Assembly: GCF_009914755.1 (NCBI RefSeq)
Contig: NC_060933.1
Direction: 5' to 3' (one strand)
Length of the DNA stretch: 64,000 nt
From: the human T2T-CHM13v2.0 reference genome, Homo sapiens
This document shows, piece after piece, positions 1 through 17,430 of the stretch. The position numbers and the translations under genes are program-made. A model generated the notes under the pieces. It did not search any database, had not been told where the DNA came from, and saw only the letters and a program-made list of their open reading frames with translations. The first letter of the stretch is position 1; each line of letters opens with the position of its first letter.

Positions 1-530
1 TTAGCAGTTTGATATTACCTATGAAAACAAACCAAATGGATGTAGCATGCTTTCTTTTTTTGAAACATATTTAATAATTGATTTCAATCATTTTCAATCT
101 GAATTTTAATATACTTTTAACAACAGATTTCATAGTTTGGTCTTGTTTTTCTTGTTTGTTTAGTGACTCGTTTACTTGAGCATTAATATTAAGCCAGTTC
201 TTTGTGTAGTTATATGTAGAAGTAGCCATCAACTCCCAAGCACCAACTCCAGGCCAGTTCGAATACGGAGGACTCACTTGAATTCCTGCATCTCAATGAT
301 GGTACAGCCTGGAGCCCTTCTGTCCTCCATACCAATAGGCAGTTACAGCTGATTTGGTTGTTTGGCAGCGAATCTCTGTCCTGCTACCTTCAAGCTGCCA
401 TTTCATTTCTTCAATATGGAGACAGGAAATGTGGCTTACCATCAGCAACAAGCTAGTAGTAATCATCCTCATGGAAGACATAAAAACGTTTGTCAAGAGG
501 GTCCAAAGTTTGTAGCTGGTGAGAATGTAC

Positions 531-672
531 AGGAAAGAAGGAAGGAAGGAAGAGAGGGAGGAAGAGAGGGAGGGAGGGTGGAAGAGACAGAGGGAGAGTG
601 GAAGAAAGGGAGGAAGGAAGGAAAGAGGGAGGGAGTAAGAGAGTAAGAGAGAGAGCCTGAGAAAGATAGAGG
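531..672 (+). repeat. Polypurine (GGAA/GGGA/GA) low-complexity tract
   Basis: aggaaagaagggaaggaagga...gagagagagcc. Confidence 0.9.
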
Positions 673-729
673 TGGATTCCACACATACCAGCAAAACAAA
701 CTCATGAGGTAGAACTTTTTAGCATTTAA

Positions 730-1095
<366 letters not shown>

Positions 1096-1986
1096 TAATT
1101 TGGTGCATTTTGCTTAAAGGAATGTAAGTTGACAAATGGTATGTGTAATTTCCCCTGTGGTTTCCCTCTTCAGAGTCTGTGCTCCCTGCATTGAATAATG
1201 AGATGTAAGTTTAGGAAATGCCTCCATGGTGTTCATTATACTTTGTGTATTTTCCCTGAGACAGGAAACAGGACTGTCTGCCAAAGAAAGCAATTTTTAT
1301 AAATTCACAGCCAACGGGGAATATTCCTTTCATTTTTTTTTAGCTAAATCTGTGATTTAACAAGTGTAGAGAAGTGTTTGTCAGCAAGGAGATTGAAACC
1401 ATTATGTCTTTCTCTACCTGTTGATAATGATATTGCAAGTGGGAAGTCGCAAATATATTGGCATCAATAGCAACACGGCAAGCAGATGAAGCTCCAAAAC
1501 TCGTCACCCACTTTGAAGCCAAATAAAAAGACCATTTTTCTTTCTAGTTATTAATGATGTGAAACTACAGACTGTAACTGCAAATAATCATTGGCAAGGG
1601 CAACATAAAAGTTATAAATTTAGGCTTTGAAAACAAATCAAACTTGAAGCAATCCTCTGTATTTTATTCCTAAATTAAAGATTTCCTCTTTTTTTTTGAG
1701 TGAAAGAACTTATACGTAAGCATGGAAATGAGAACTAAATCATTTGCTGAAACAATTGTCTGAGAGTTACTTAATTCAAAACCACTCTTGTCATATGAAA
1801 TAAAGCAGAACTTGATTAGCACGTAATAAAAGGCGATTAGTTTAACAGACAGTAAATATATTGCTGATTCCTGAAGTCTCTGGCCCCATTTTCTCTTCAG
1901 AAAACTATTTCAACTGATAGCATTCTCTCCTTTCATTGAAGTCCTATAGTAATTAAAATCAGTTATTTAATTATATACTGCCTTGA

Positions 1987-2516
<530 letters not shown>

Positions 2517-2579
2517 TAGACCTTAAGATTGTCACGGGAAAAAATTGAATCTCCTACTCAGAGGATATTGTTTCACAAG

Positions 2580-3188
2580 TGCGGTCCCTAAAATGGAGCA
2601 GGGAACCCTCTTGGGGCCTGCACCCCCTCCATCCACCACCCTGCACCCCCATGCATGGAAATAAAGGAAAATATTGAGTTCCTTCAGGGGAAATTCCAGG
2701 CACCTAGCTAGCCCTGAGAAGCAAGCAACTTGATAAGCAAGAAAGTAATCACAGCTTAAAACAACAGCCAAGGAAGTTCTAGCCATAAGATATTTGAAAC
2801 TAAAGGCAACATTTTAACATATGTCCCTGAGTTGTTTTTCAGAAACCCAGACTCCCTACCGAGCAGATCCGCTGGCGAGTAGAACACAGATAAGGGGGAG
2901 CTGAGGACTGAACCCCGAACTCCGTTTGTCCTTGGCTCTAAATTTATTCTTGAGGGACCTGGAGGAAGCCGTGCCCACGTGCCAGAGCTAATAATCTTTT
3001 CTGCTGACCCCAAATGTTTAAACAAACTCTTTTTTCATCAATTGCAAAACAGTCTTTGAATATACCTATGACCGGTAATCTCCTACCTCAAACTATCCCA
3101 CCTTTTTAGGCCAAACCAATGTATCAGTTCACAATGTTGTAACTTCTGTTTTCCTGAAATTTACCCCTGCCTTTAAAACCCTTACTTG
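2580..3188 (+). mobile_element. ERV1-class LTR (MER4 group), truncated at an Alu
   Basis: LTR-type motifs such as aacatatgtccctgagttgtttttcagaaacccagac. Confidence 0.6.
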
Positions 3189-3189
3189 T

Positions 3190-3587
<398 letters not shown>

Positions 3588-4778
3588 TCATCGGCACAGC
3601 TTCATTGGTAGAATTTACTAAAAATACAAGTTATCTGTATTTGCCTTATAAAGGCCTTCGTATAGTGTCCAATATTTTCTAACCAGATGTACAGTGAAAA
3701 TGATTGATGCTCAAATACATTTTCATGGTCAATGCAACAACCGTTGAGCAAAAAAAATAACATTTATTGCAGACACTGGGCAGTTGTCAAACAATATTAA
3801 TGTCATTAAATCAATAAATGGGCACAGAATAATGGAAGCAAGGTCGTGGATGAACAGATGGCAGTGTAATGGAGTCAATCCTTTACTGATTTAACCACTC
3901 TCCTCTTATTTCTAATGTCCCTTCCATCACGATGAGTTCTCTTTGGGATGATGTGTATCTAACTGAAGCTCCTCCTCAACAGCTGCTGAGAATTGAGTGT
4001 TGATGGTAATTATCCATATGATTTTTAATCAGACACTTTTCACAGATTCAAGTGGAATGATAACTCTATGGGAAATTGATAGGACAGCCAGAGTTATGTA
4101 AATTTTGGAAAAAAAATTAATCAACAGCTAATACAAATATTATGTCTAAAGGCTAACAACGATGATCATAATAACTCAATGGCTAATAAATAAACTAGGG
4201 AAGTCCAAGCCGGAATTAGAAGTAAAAATTGGCCATTATATAATTATGACCAAGAAGTTCTTTCTTAATTAGCAAGGGGTACAGCTGTATGTTTATTTCA
4301 AAGTAATTTTTTGTTTGCAGTTACAATGTTGAATGAAAGGCTGAAACAATTCCTTCCTTAGCCCTTTCCCTTTGATGTGAAAAATTAACTCTGAGTACCC
4401 TCAGTAACTTTGAATACGCTTTTTATACCCTTAAAGACAAAAATAAAGTCATCATTTTTTCATTGACTGTAACTATTAATATATATTCATGTTACTGTAG
4501 CTTTAACTGATGACTCATTTTTAGATCATACTATCGTTGATCTATGGCAAATGCTTTTAAAACTCCTCAGAAGCTAATCATTTATGTTGAAAACTCACAA
4601 AACTGCACATAATATAATAGATAAAGGGAGGGCACAGTGAAGTTTTCATTTGACTTATCTGGGTTTTGGGATTTACCCCCTTACAGTATGTGAGCCTATG
4701 AATAAGTAGGTGAGCTTCCAGTGCTCAGAGGTTTAATGTAGAGTGTGTTTATTTTTAATATTTGTGAATTTTCTATAG

Positions 4779-5173
<395 letters not shown>

Positions 5174-5733
5174 CCCTTTACTATATTTAAAGATGACATT
5201 GTCCTGTGATGTGTATGATGAAAAGTATATCATTGAACTCTATTCTCATATGAAAGGACATCTGATTTTCTAGAAGATTTATCTGCCCCAGGTATATTCC
5301 TGTGGGAATAATACAAACCAAATTAAAATGAAGTCTGCTTTTTTTTTTTCTATTCCTTATTGAGATTGAATTCAGAATTCCAAACAGGTTTGCTATTCAT
5401 TTTCATCTTGACAAAATCAAAACCTAAATATTCTATGTGTCACCTACTGTGATGGGAAAGATAAAACTAATTATTTAATTATCAAACATGAGTAGGTGAA
5501 TTATTTTTATTAATCAACATTACATAAACGTGTTTTGAGAATAAAATTTTGTATCCTCATTTTTTAACCAAAGACATAAAATATAACTGACATTCTGTAG
5601 CCAAATCAATGATATATACACCCAGATTGACCTTTAAGAGTTTAAAAATAAATGTACGCTGCATGGTCAAATGGATTTGGAGATACATAGGCTAGTAGAT
5701 GAAGCACTAGGGCTTTATGAAACCTTTTTTGAG

Positions 5734-6087
<354 letters not shown>

Positions 6088-6813
6088 TTACTTTCCATGT
6101 TAAAAAAAATCAGCATACTTTCCAACTATAACCTAAAAATCTACAAAAAACTTTCCAAATTCTCAGTAAAGGAAGTATTGCAATCCACAGGAGATTATTG
6201 CTTTGTTCTAAAGACAGTTGAAACATTTTCGAATCTCTGACATTTTTTAGATCACCCTTTGCAGGGTGTGGTTCACGGAACACTTTTTTTCCTGATCATA
6301 TGACATTGCCTACATAATTTTGTGATTAAATGACTTTGGAAAATCAGGATTGAGTCAAGTAAACATTCCTATCAGAACTAAATATGTTAATGTATGGTGT
6401 CCCCAAGGGGTGTGATATGCAGCATTAACTCTTAAATGTAGATAATCATGGGACTTTTATAAGCAGATACACTTTGTGAATTACTACTTTAAATATTGGT
6501 AGTAATAGATTGCTTAATCGAACTTAAATTTAAAGAGATGATGTTGGACTTCTAGTGAATGGAAGCCAAGTATTTCTATTTACTAGAAAAATGTACATGA
6601 TCTATTATCCACAGTGAACTAGCAAACCTTCCATCTTGATATTTAGTTTTCATATTAATTGTATTATATTTCATCAGCTTACATTTTTTACTCACTAGGG
6701 CATACTTTTATTTTTTTCATTGCAATAGCTTATTCAATATCTGCCTATTCATATATTAAGTAATAACTTTTTTTTAACCTGCATCTCACACAGAGAAATC
6801 ATGAGGAAATCTC

Positions 6814-6979
6814 CACTCATTCTGGTCAGCATCACAGTTGCAGTATGTTGCAGGATTCCTGGGAGTCGATGTGATTTTTTCTAATACACACATATGTTTC
6901 TCAACATTGGGCAAATAACCTCTCCGGTAACTGTGCGCTTTGCTGGTTCTTCCTACCTACCAGCTCAACAGGGTATCAT
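6814..6979 (-). pseudogene. CNTNAP-like exon 14 relic (fibrinogen-like domain)
   Basis: Reads DDTLLSW*VGRTSKAHSYRRGYLPNVEKHMCVLEK/HIDSQ/YCNCDADQNEW, versus recalled CNTNAP3/4 DGTPLSWWVGRTNET(H/Q)[35 protein letters not shown]. 166 nt = 157 + 10 - 1. Acceptor ttttttcag intact. Confidence 0.92.
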
Positions 6980-6996
6980 CTGAAAAAAGAATATGA

Positions 6997-7396
<400 letters not shown>

Positions 7397-7500
7397 GAAA
7401 GAAACAGCTTTAAGAAAATAACAATCCAAACCCTGCAACAGAACATTTCTTTAAGAATACTAACCAGCTTTTTTTTTTTTTTAATTAAAAAAATATTTAC

Positions 7501-7804
7501 GGCTGGGCGCGGTGGCTCATGCCTGTAATCCCAGCACTTTGGGAGGCTGAGGCGGGCGGATCACGAGGTCAGGAGATCAAGACCATCCTGGCCAACACGG
7601 TGAAACCCTGTCTCTGCTGAAAATACAAAAAAATTAGCCGGGCATGGTCGTGGGCTCATGTAGTCCCAGTTCACGGGAGGCTGAGGCAGGAGAATGGTGT
7701 GAACTCAGGAGGCGGAGCTTACAGTGAACCGAGATGGCGCCACTGCACTCCAGCCTGGGGGACAGAGCGAGACTCTGTCTCAAAAAAAGATAAAATAAAA
7801 TAAA
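7501..7804 (+). mobile_element. AluSc/Y
   Basis: Sense Alu. Confidence 0.95.
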
Positions 7805-7867
7805 GAGCCTTTAATATGTTCAGTAATTACACAAAATTAATTATCTTGAGCAGACCAGTTACATAAT

Positions 7868-8238
<371 letters not shown>

Positions 8239-8399
8239 TAGCAGCTATGTAGAGATTGAAGCTAAAATCTGTTTGAGACAATGGAGTGCCTATCTAAAAC
8301 CCTAATGTCATGAGGAGATATGATTTGTTATTGCATTTATTAGATAAAACCCCCAGCTGCATATTAAACATTTAGCGTGACATGGTTCTACTTCTTTGT

Positions 8400-9663
8400 A
8401 TTATCGGAGCTCAGAGCACAGTACCCCAAAGTATGGTGCCTTGGCATGTGTGGATTGTTGCACTAAAGGAGACAGGAGGGTTTTAGAAGCAAGTAGTTCT
8501 CTTTGGCCTTCTCCCATCCTTCTGTCTCCTGAAACAAGCCATAAAATCTAGAAAGCTTATCTTTTACCTACCTCCCCTGAGAGCTCATAAGACCCTCATT
8601 CCAGAGGAGTCCTGCCCCTTACCTGGAGAAAGGAATGCTACACATGAAACCGTCATTGCAAAATTATAACTGAGGCAGTGAAAGAGATCTGACCTAACCA
8701 ACTCCATCTTGCTTCTAACTTCCAAGCTGTCCTTCGTCATTCCTTGGCGTAGGCTGAACTAACTTTGGAAGGAACTTAGTTTATAATTTATAGATTAAAA
8801 TGAACATAATGACAGCTCTTTCCCAAAACAAATCCCTTTCTTGCTTAGGGACTAGACTGCCTTTGTAGGACTAACAAACTAGTCACAAGATTAGAAATTA
8901 TGGTTTAGGAGTCATGCAGCTGGAGGCTACGAGGTTCTTTCCAGATTGCTCCAGGGGATAACATCACTACTGTAAAGCCTAAGACCAGCTCTTGAGATAT
9001 TTTGCAGACGCTGCACTTGATGGATCAGCAGCCATCACCCCGATCGATAAACTGGCTCATCTGATATTGTGGCCCCACTCAGGAACTGACTCAGCACAAG
9101 AGGACAGCTTTGACTCCCTATGACCTGACCAATCAGCACACCCAACTCACTGCCCCCCACCAGTTCACAAATTATCCTTAAAAACTCTGATCCCCAAATG
9201 CTCCAGGAGACTAATTTGAACAATAATAAAACTTCAGTCTCCCACACAGCTGGTTCTGTGTGTATTACACTTTCTCTGTTGCAATTCCCCTGTCTTGATA
9301 AATCAGCTCTGTCTAGGCAGGGGGCTAGATGAACCCATTGGGCGGTTACACACAGAGAGACCAAGAAGAATCAGAACAAACAGGCCTTGCTGGGCTCTGC
9401 TCAGTTTATTACCATTAGATCATATCCCTTTTGTCCAGTTACGTTGCTCCACAACTATTCACTTCTTTCATCAGATTTAACATAAAAATACAGTTTCCCC
9501 CTGGGTGTTTGGGTCTTCATTTCTGAAGCCTCCTGTGTCAAGCAAAACTTTGATTAAATACCTTTGTTATGCTTTTCTCTTGTTAACCTGTCTTTTGTTA
9601 TGGGGGTTTTGGGCTGTAAACCTTGTGGCGGGTGAAGAAAAGATAGGACTTTTCTCCCCTAGA
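8400..9663 (+). mobile_element. MER39/MER34-group ERV1 LTR, split by LTR8
   Basis: ggagctcagagcacagtaccccaaagtatgg... to ...tttctccccta. Confidence 0.7.
8645..9350 (+). mobile_element. LTR8 solo LTR
   Basis: TGAAACC...GGCGGTTACA termini; 4-bp TSD CACA. Confidence 0.85.
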
Positions 9664-10247
9664 GTATTTTAAAAGTCTTGTGGAGGCCTGTGCTTATGTC
9701 AAAGATGTCTGGAGGCATGGCTTGACTGTTCATTCAAAGACAAAGAAACAACACTCATGGACTTTCCTGCCTGGAGGAAATGTCACCCTTGGCCACACAG
9801 CTTCTCAGAGCAACGTTCACGTCCACCAGCGGCACTGATAACTGACTCCTCAGCACTGTCCAGCGAATGCTGCATGGAGGCTCGCAGGCACCCCAGCTTA
9901 AAAAGGAGGAGGAGAAGGTAAATACCTACCTAGTACACAGGAAATCAAAGAGCAAAGCTTAAGAAGTGGGCTTAGACTCATCAACCCCTCAAAAATACTC
10001 AGCCACTTTTATGTTTTCTTCCCCAACCCCAAGCTCTCATCCTGAGGTCCTGACTGAATCTGGAGCGTGCTTCAGTATCTCCCTAATTTATAAGCGCCAC
10101 TGCTCATTAAGGCTCCCTGTTAGATGAGACCTCTGCTGCAACAGCCTCTCTGCTTGTAAACATCACTGCATATATCACCACCCACCCCAGCCCAGCAGGG
10201 AAAGGAAAACAACAACAACAAATAAAATGCAATTCTAGGAATAGTGA

Positions 10248-10580
<333 letters not shown>

Positions 10581-10864
10581 AGTATTAAACATTTTTTTAA
10601 AAATTATGTTGAAACTTAAAACTAGGTAGTAGAAAGTACGTAAAACAATTAATAGATGGTTTTCAAATACCACTTCCAACTTAATTACTAGTCATTATAT
10701 TTTCTCTTCAGATTGAAGAGCCAAGACATCATTACACCTAAATGCAAAACTGTGTGTTTACATCCAAATCTCTCATCTGTCTTATAAAATAGGAAATAAA
10801 ATTTTAAAGGTACCAAATGTGTTTAGAACCATTGAAGATAGTTTAAATATTGTTAAACATTTAG

Positions 10865-11184
<320 letters not shown>

Positions 11185-11550
11185 AAGAAAAAGTTTTTTT
11201 AAAATTAGTGAAAATATTAGACTCTGAAGAATAGAAATAATAAATAAGAAAAATGTAAATGACCTTCTCAACAATTTTAGCCACTGACTCCCATCCTCCT
11301 CTGTGCCCTCAAATTCAATTTTCAGTGACTTTCGCAGGCCAAGAGTCATCATTCCCGTTGCTGACAGCTCAGCTCCTCAGCTTGGGAGTATCCATTTTTG
11401 GACATGCATTTTTTATTGTACTTGCTTTTTTAACAACTCACATTCATGGTTTCATTTTAGAATATCCATGGTGTAAATAACACATTACTTCGTGCAATGG
11501 AGACAATATTGCTTGATTGATTCTGTATTACTCAAAAAAAAAAAAAAAGG

Positions 11551-11996
11551 CGAGAAAAGAACTTTTATCTGAGGAATGTGAGTCCTTTTAAATAATGAGG
11601 CCCAGAGAGACATTAAAATGAGGCAGCAGTCAAGTCCTACTCCCCGCTTTGAGCTAGGTATTCATCTCCTGAAACTGCTTATTGCCACAAGTAGCTATAA
11701 ATTAACCTAATAATGCCAGAGCAAACGCTATAACCCACACCCTGTAGCTTAACAATGTATAGCCAATCACTAATCAATGTTATTTCTATAAATCAATAAG
11801 AATGCCTGACAAACAACTTTGTATCAGCCATGCCTTCTCCCCCTTTTTTGCCTTTAAAAATCTGTTTGTAACAAAGGCCAAACTCATATCCAAGGTTACA
11901 CGGGTCCGAGTCCTCCTGACAGCTGTCTTCACTTTGGCTCAGTAAACTCTTTAAATTACAGAGTTTGTGTCTCAGCCTCTTCCTTTTAGGTCGACA
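11551..11996 (+). mobile_element. MER49-like ERV1 solo LTR
   Basis: gagaaaagaacttttatctgaggaatg...ttttaggtcgaca. Confidence 0.7.
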
Positions 11997-14900
11997 AAAT
12001 GATAGAGCTTTGGAGGTCAATATTTATCAAAACTGCCATCTTTGGGAAATCTTCTGCATATAAGAGCTGGATGTAATTGAGACAGATGCTGCTTTATTCC
12101 ACAGCACTGCAAAATATTACCCTCCCTTTCAACTCTACCCCAATCGAAAGCTTCTGGAAATACTAAGTCTCTCGTGGATATTTGTGTACATTAACTTTTA
12201 AAAGAAATTCTCGAATGGCAGCTTTGCTGTGGCAGCTGTCAGGCATGCATATGAGGAAATGTGTTGTAAGTGCACAGATAAGGAATTACCTGATGTTTCT
12301 GTAGACAGATTTTCAAACTCATAATTCTTTTCATGTTCATCATCTTCTCCCCAAATTAAAAAAAATTATCGTCTATATATTTATCTTTTCAGCTAGGGTT
12401 TTCCTCATCTCTATATGCATTTCTCTCATTTTCAAATATATTTTTAGGACACGCATGTTCAGATCATGTGGACTACATGTTATCATAACTTTTGTTAAAT
12501 AAAAATATATTATCCAGTATCAGCTCCTCAAACAAAATGACTTTGGGTCCATAATGGCTACTGAAATGTCAACTGACAAAAATTCAAATATATTTCTGGC
12601 ACATCGTTTATTTACTTCTTTTGTATTTAAAAATGAAATACAACCTGCCCAATCGTGTAACAGGCAAAAGCATTCTTAGATCTTTTACCCCTCTAAGACC
12701 AAATGCCCAACTGGAGCATTTATGCTGTTTGTACAGCATTGCCCAGCTGCAGAGAAGCCCAAGGCTCAGAGGGTAAGAAGTGACTGGAAGTTGTCTTGCT
12801 ACGTATGTGGTGCAGGTTCTTTAACTTTCATAAAAATATATTTGATAAGATGGTCAATTTGCATGAGTATTTACCCAATCAGAGGGTGCAGAGAACAGTT
12901 ATATGGAGATTTTTTTTTAAGCTATTACATTTACATCATTTAGAAATCAAAACGAGATAAGTTACCTACCAAGGGTACCTTCCCCATTTCTACTCCCATC
13001 ATAGGGAGCTGAGAATGGCCTGACTAATAAATTTGCATTAGAATTAACAACCACAGGGATGGCATACTTTACAACAACAACCCAGGGACAAGGAAAGGGG
13101 AGAGGATGTTACCAAGCCTAGGGAAACAACTCAGGCTCATGGTGAACAGGGAGGGAAACTGATAGTGTCTAACTAACACAATTTTAAATTCAGTAAGAAA
13201 ATGGTTTGTTAGATCATGTAGCTCACTTACTCGCCATTGAAAAATGCTGTGAGTGTTTCCATGGAAATCTGAATTCAAAAGATCTTTCCTTTAATCATAT
13301 TCTGAGATTTACACGGAAAATATCTAAAATAGGCTTTTTTTTTCCTTGAACATTACCTACTCTATATTCACCCTCAGGGTTTTTTCTCTCAAATGAATCA
13401 AATATAAAGAGAACCTTGTAGAATACTGAGTTGGGTTGTGGAGTTGACTTATCAAGTGCTATTTTTCTCATTCTCATCACAGCTCATAGCGTGTTGGGAA
13501 AAAAAATGATGCCTGAATAGCTCATATGGGCAGGTGGTCAGTATAATTGATTTCCAGTTATGTATGGTTAAAATTTAATAATAGAAAAAACATCCTCCGT
13601 AAAGGGAAGTATTGAGAATACATCTATAAAATGTTTTCTTAAGAGTAGAATAAGTTAATCTGTGGATAATAGGTGTGTGTGTGTGTGTGTGTGAGAATAA
13701 TCCCTCTAAGTCACAGATTTTTACAATACTAATATTTGAAACACCCAAGCAAGGGCACAGACAATTATGTTATGTTTCCCTAATTGTCCATAGCTTATCT
13801 TCAAAGAATGAAAGAATGTTAGAGATGGGGGGAAGAAACAGCCTAAGGAATTATAAGTAACCTGCAAAACAGAAAAGTATATAGCTGATGTTCACCACCT
13901 TTGAATCATGAATAGACTTGGGAGACTAATTTTAAGAATGGCAAAATGTTGAGACAGTTTCTGTGATGTGGTTGAGTAAGACACTTCAGAACGTGTTTGC
14001 TCTGACTCACTGGAGCTTGTCTGGCATCAAAAAGGGTGATTCTTAATTGACCCTTTGTCCACCCTGTCAAGAGCGGTCAAAAGAACACACAATTTAGCAG
14101 GTTAAACTATTTTAATTTCATTATTTAATGGGATTTCACAGTATAAATAATAAAATTTACTAGATGTCATATGAAACCCCATGTTTCAGTTCATTTGCCA
14201 TATTACAGCAATTTTGCAATATTGCAACTTTTTCCTAGATTTTATAATTTCCTATAAAATGTCTTCTATAATCCATCTATGTGATTTCTAAGGGAAAAAG
14301 TGATCTTATGTAAAAGGAAAATAAACTTGGATTTTCACATTAGATAGGAATGTACTCATTCCCACGTCTCCTGGAGGAAAAAAATAAAGACCCTGTCAAG
14401 AAAACATTGACAGTACTATAATTAGTGAGTCCATCATTCATGATTTGGAAATTGACCTATAAGAAAGTGGAGAAAAAACCCCCTGTCTCACAGAAGGCAA
14501 AAATCATTTCCATTTATGTCAAAATACCATCCTTTAAGAAGAAATGGAGGGCACTGATTCTGATGAGAAAGGGGAATGCAAGTCATGAAGGAATTGTGAA
14601 ATAAACACACAGAGAGGATCTATCCTGTCATTTTATCTCTAAATAAAGAACTGATCCATGTCTTGGACTCATGTTGATGAGTAGTGAGGGATGGATGTAA
14701 CACTAGCATCTGTGCCCAGATACACGAGGATAAACGACGTGCTACTTCATGACTCTGAGGATTTGCTGCCAAGACGGATATTTAAAGTGCAGAAATTCTT
14801 CCACAATATTGCTGCCCTTACAGAGACAGGGCATTGGTTAGGCCCTGTATTTTATCCAGGCTAACCCCCTCATCATACAGATGAGGAAAATGAGTCCTGG

Positions 14901-15175
14901 AAAAATTATTATGACAGAACTGGTGAACTCTGACGCTTCGGGTTTTGACCTTGGCTAAATTCTTAGATTTTGCCCAAGAACACACTCTAGGGTTTCTCAC
15001 TGTAGTTTGACTGTTTTGTTCTGAGGATTTTGGAAATAGTATCTCCTGACAGGATTTCTGTGTTTTTTGCTGCTCCACTGGCTCTGAAATTTCTGAACAT
15101 GCCCTATGCAGTTTCAACATTCTTCTGTAATCTCTGCTGAAACATTTTTGTATCTATATTTTATATCGATACTTT

Positions 15176-15177
<2 letters not shown>

Positions 15178-15214
<37 letters not shown>
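15178..15214. repeat. (TG)n microsatellite
   Basis: About 18 TG units. Confidence 0.95.
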
Positions 15215-15219
<5 letters not shown>

Positions 15220-16525
15220 TCTAGGACCCACTTGAGGAAGATTACCTAGTCAAAGTTCATATAAATGCTGCATATTGTTAGGTATTGAATAAGTATTTGG
15301 TATCTCTTTATGTTATGAAGAAGTAAAGAGTGTATCCGCGTTTAAATATGAAGACAGGGTTACAGTGGAAGCATGATGCTATCATCTAGTGACACTCATC
15401 TTGCAGTATCATATTTTTACTAGTTAAGTGTTCTTTATTTTAAGTAGGAGGTACAGGATTCTGAAGCATAGTGTAAAAGATTGGAAAAGGTTTCACAGGG
15501 AAACCTGTGGGTATGAATCATACATGCTGTGGAAACCAAGGATCTTCTCAAAGTCATAGTTACTGGACTTCAAATGAAGCCCTGTGATTAAAGAAGCAAG
15601 TCAGCTTAGTAATAGCCAATATTGACTGAAAATCTGAAGGGCATTTGTTTAACCTCCTTAAATAGTTGTTATCCAACAAATCTGCTAAAAAATAGTTTTC
15701 AATTATTTAATACTTACTGTCTTTGTTCACTCAAACACAACTTGCAAATAAGAAGTAGTTATTGCAAAAGGTAGAAATGATCATCCAATGTGCAATTCCT
15801 TGTCATGAAAACCCTCCAAGGCTGGTTTAAAACAGAAACTTCCTTAAATGTTCTGCAAATAAAAATTCAAGATAATTAAAATCCAGAACAAAGGAGAAAA
15901 TATTTACATAAAACACACTTCTACAGTATTTTAATTTATTCTGAATCATCATTGAATAGAATATTTTAATTTGTTCAAGTAAATATTTTACTGTGTTCAT
16001 GATAGGGGCTTAGTATCTGCAAGTGATGGGCCTTGTTAATCTTCAGAATAAGTTTAAATGACAGCTCAGCAGGGCAGCATCTCCCATGCAGCAGCCCCTG
16101 TGGAGCAGCAGGAAGGAAGGCTCCGGAGGAAGCCGCAGGAAGCCGATGGCTCCTGTGAGAAACTGCCTGACTGATGCTGTCACGGTGTTGACTCTCTCCC
16201 TAAGAGCCCTGAGATCACACTCGCCCTTTTTACATCACCCAACAGGGCTGACTTAACATCCAGGGAGGACAAATAAAGGGGAAGAATAAAATAATCCAAC
16301 AAAGCCAGGACAGAATGCACTCATGTCATTAATGGAGCTACATTCTTACTTTGAATGAATTACCTACATTATGTTACCTTCCTAAAGACTTACTGAAAAA
16401 AAGGTGTTCAAGGAACTAAGGGAAACCCAGGGTGGCACTTGAGGTTGCGGGTCACAGACCACACTCTGCGTAGCCCTGAGGCTGGGTGCAGGGCCAGGCT
16501 GCCTGTGTGCAGATCTCCTGGCCGT

Positions 16526-17267
16526 GTGTTAGAGGTTGAACCATGCATCTCTCAGAATTCAAATGTTGAATTTTTATTTTATTTTTATTTATTTAGTTTT
16601 TTTGAGACAGAGTCTCACTCTGTCACCCAGACTGGAGTGCAGTGGCCCTATCTCAGCTCACTGCAACTTCCAACTGCTGGGTTGAAGTGATTCTCCTGCC
16701 TCAGCCTCCTGAGTAGCTGGGATTACAGGCGCCTGACACCATGCCCAGCTAATTTTTGTACCTTTAGTAGAGATGGGTTTTTGCCATGTTTGTCAGGCTT
16801 GTCTCAAACTCCTGACCTCAGGTGATCCGCCTGCCTCAGCCTCCCAAAGTGCTAGGATTACAGGTGTGAGCCACCATGCCCAGCCCATATGTTGAATTTT
16901 TAAACACTGAGTACTGCAGAACCCAGGAATTATTTGGATTTAGGGTCTTTACATGGGAGTTAAAATGAGGTTGTTGCGAAGGGACCCTAATCCAATTTGA
17001 CTAATATCCTTGTAAAAAGGGAAATTTGGAGACAGACACACGTAGAGGGAAGATGATGTGAAGAGATCAAAGAAGAAGACAGGTGTCTACAAAACCAGGA
17101 AAGAGGCCTGGAATAGATGCTTCGTTCATAGCCTTCAGAAGGAGCCAACCCTGCTGGCACCTTAGTGTTAGACTTCTATCCTCCAGAACTATCAGACAAA
17201 AAATGCCCATTGTTTAAGTCACCCAGTGTGTGGCTCTTTGTTATGATGTCTCTAGCAAACTAATATA
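16526..17267 (+). mobile_element. MLT1B/C MaLR LTR, split by an Alu
   Basis: ccctaatccaat...gaaggagccaaccctgct...ctagcaaactaata. Confidence 0.8.
16571..16886 (-). mobile_element. AluS
   Basis: TSD ca(a/t)atgttgaattttt. Confidence 0.95.
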
Positions 17268-17430
17268 CCTTGTGACTTTGGCAGTTCTGTCTTCCTGCCT
17301 CTGTAAAATGCAAATATTACTGATATATTGCCTCCTAGGGCTTCTGTGAAGAGGCGATGAGTTAATACATGCAAAGTGCTACAATAGTGCAGACATAATA
17401 TTAATACTCAGTAAATGTTAAGATGATTAT
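17268..17430 (+). mobile_element. MIR
   Basis: ctgtaaaatg...gagttaatacatgcaaagtgct...ctcagtaaatgtta. Confidence 0.65.

Noticed and set aside
285-335. GGQKG..GC..SLR pattern resembling CNTNAP exon 18
   Set aside because: Short, gapped match that does not extend.
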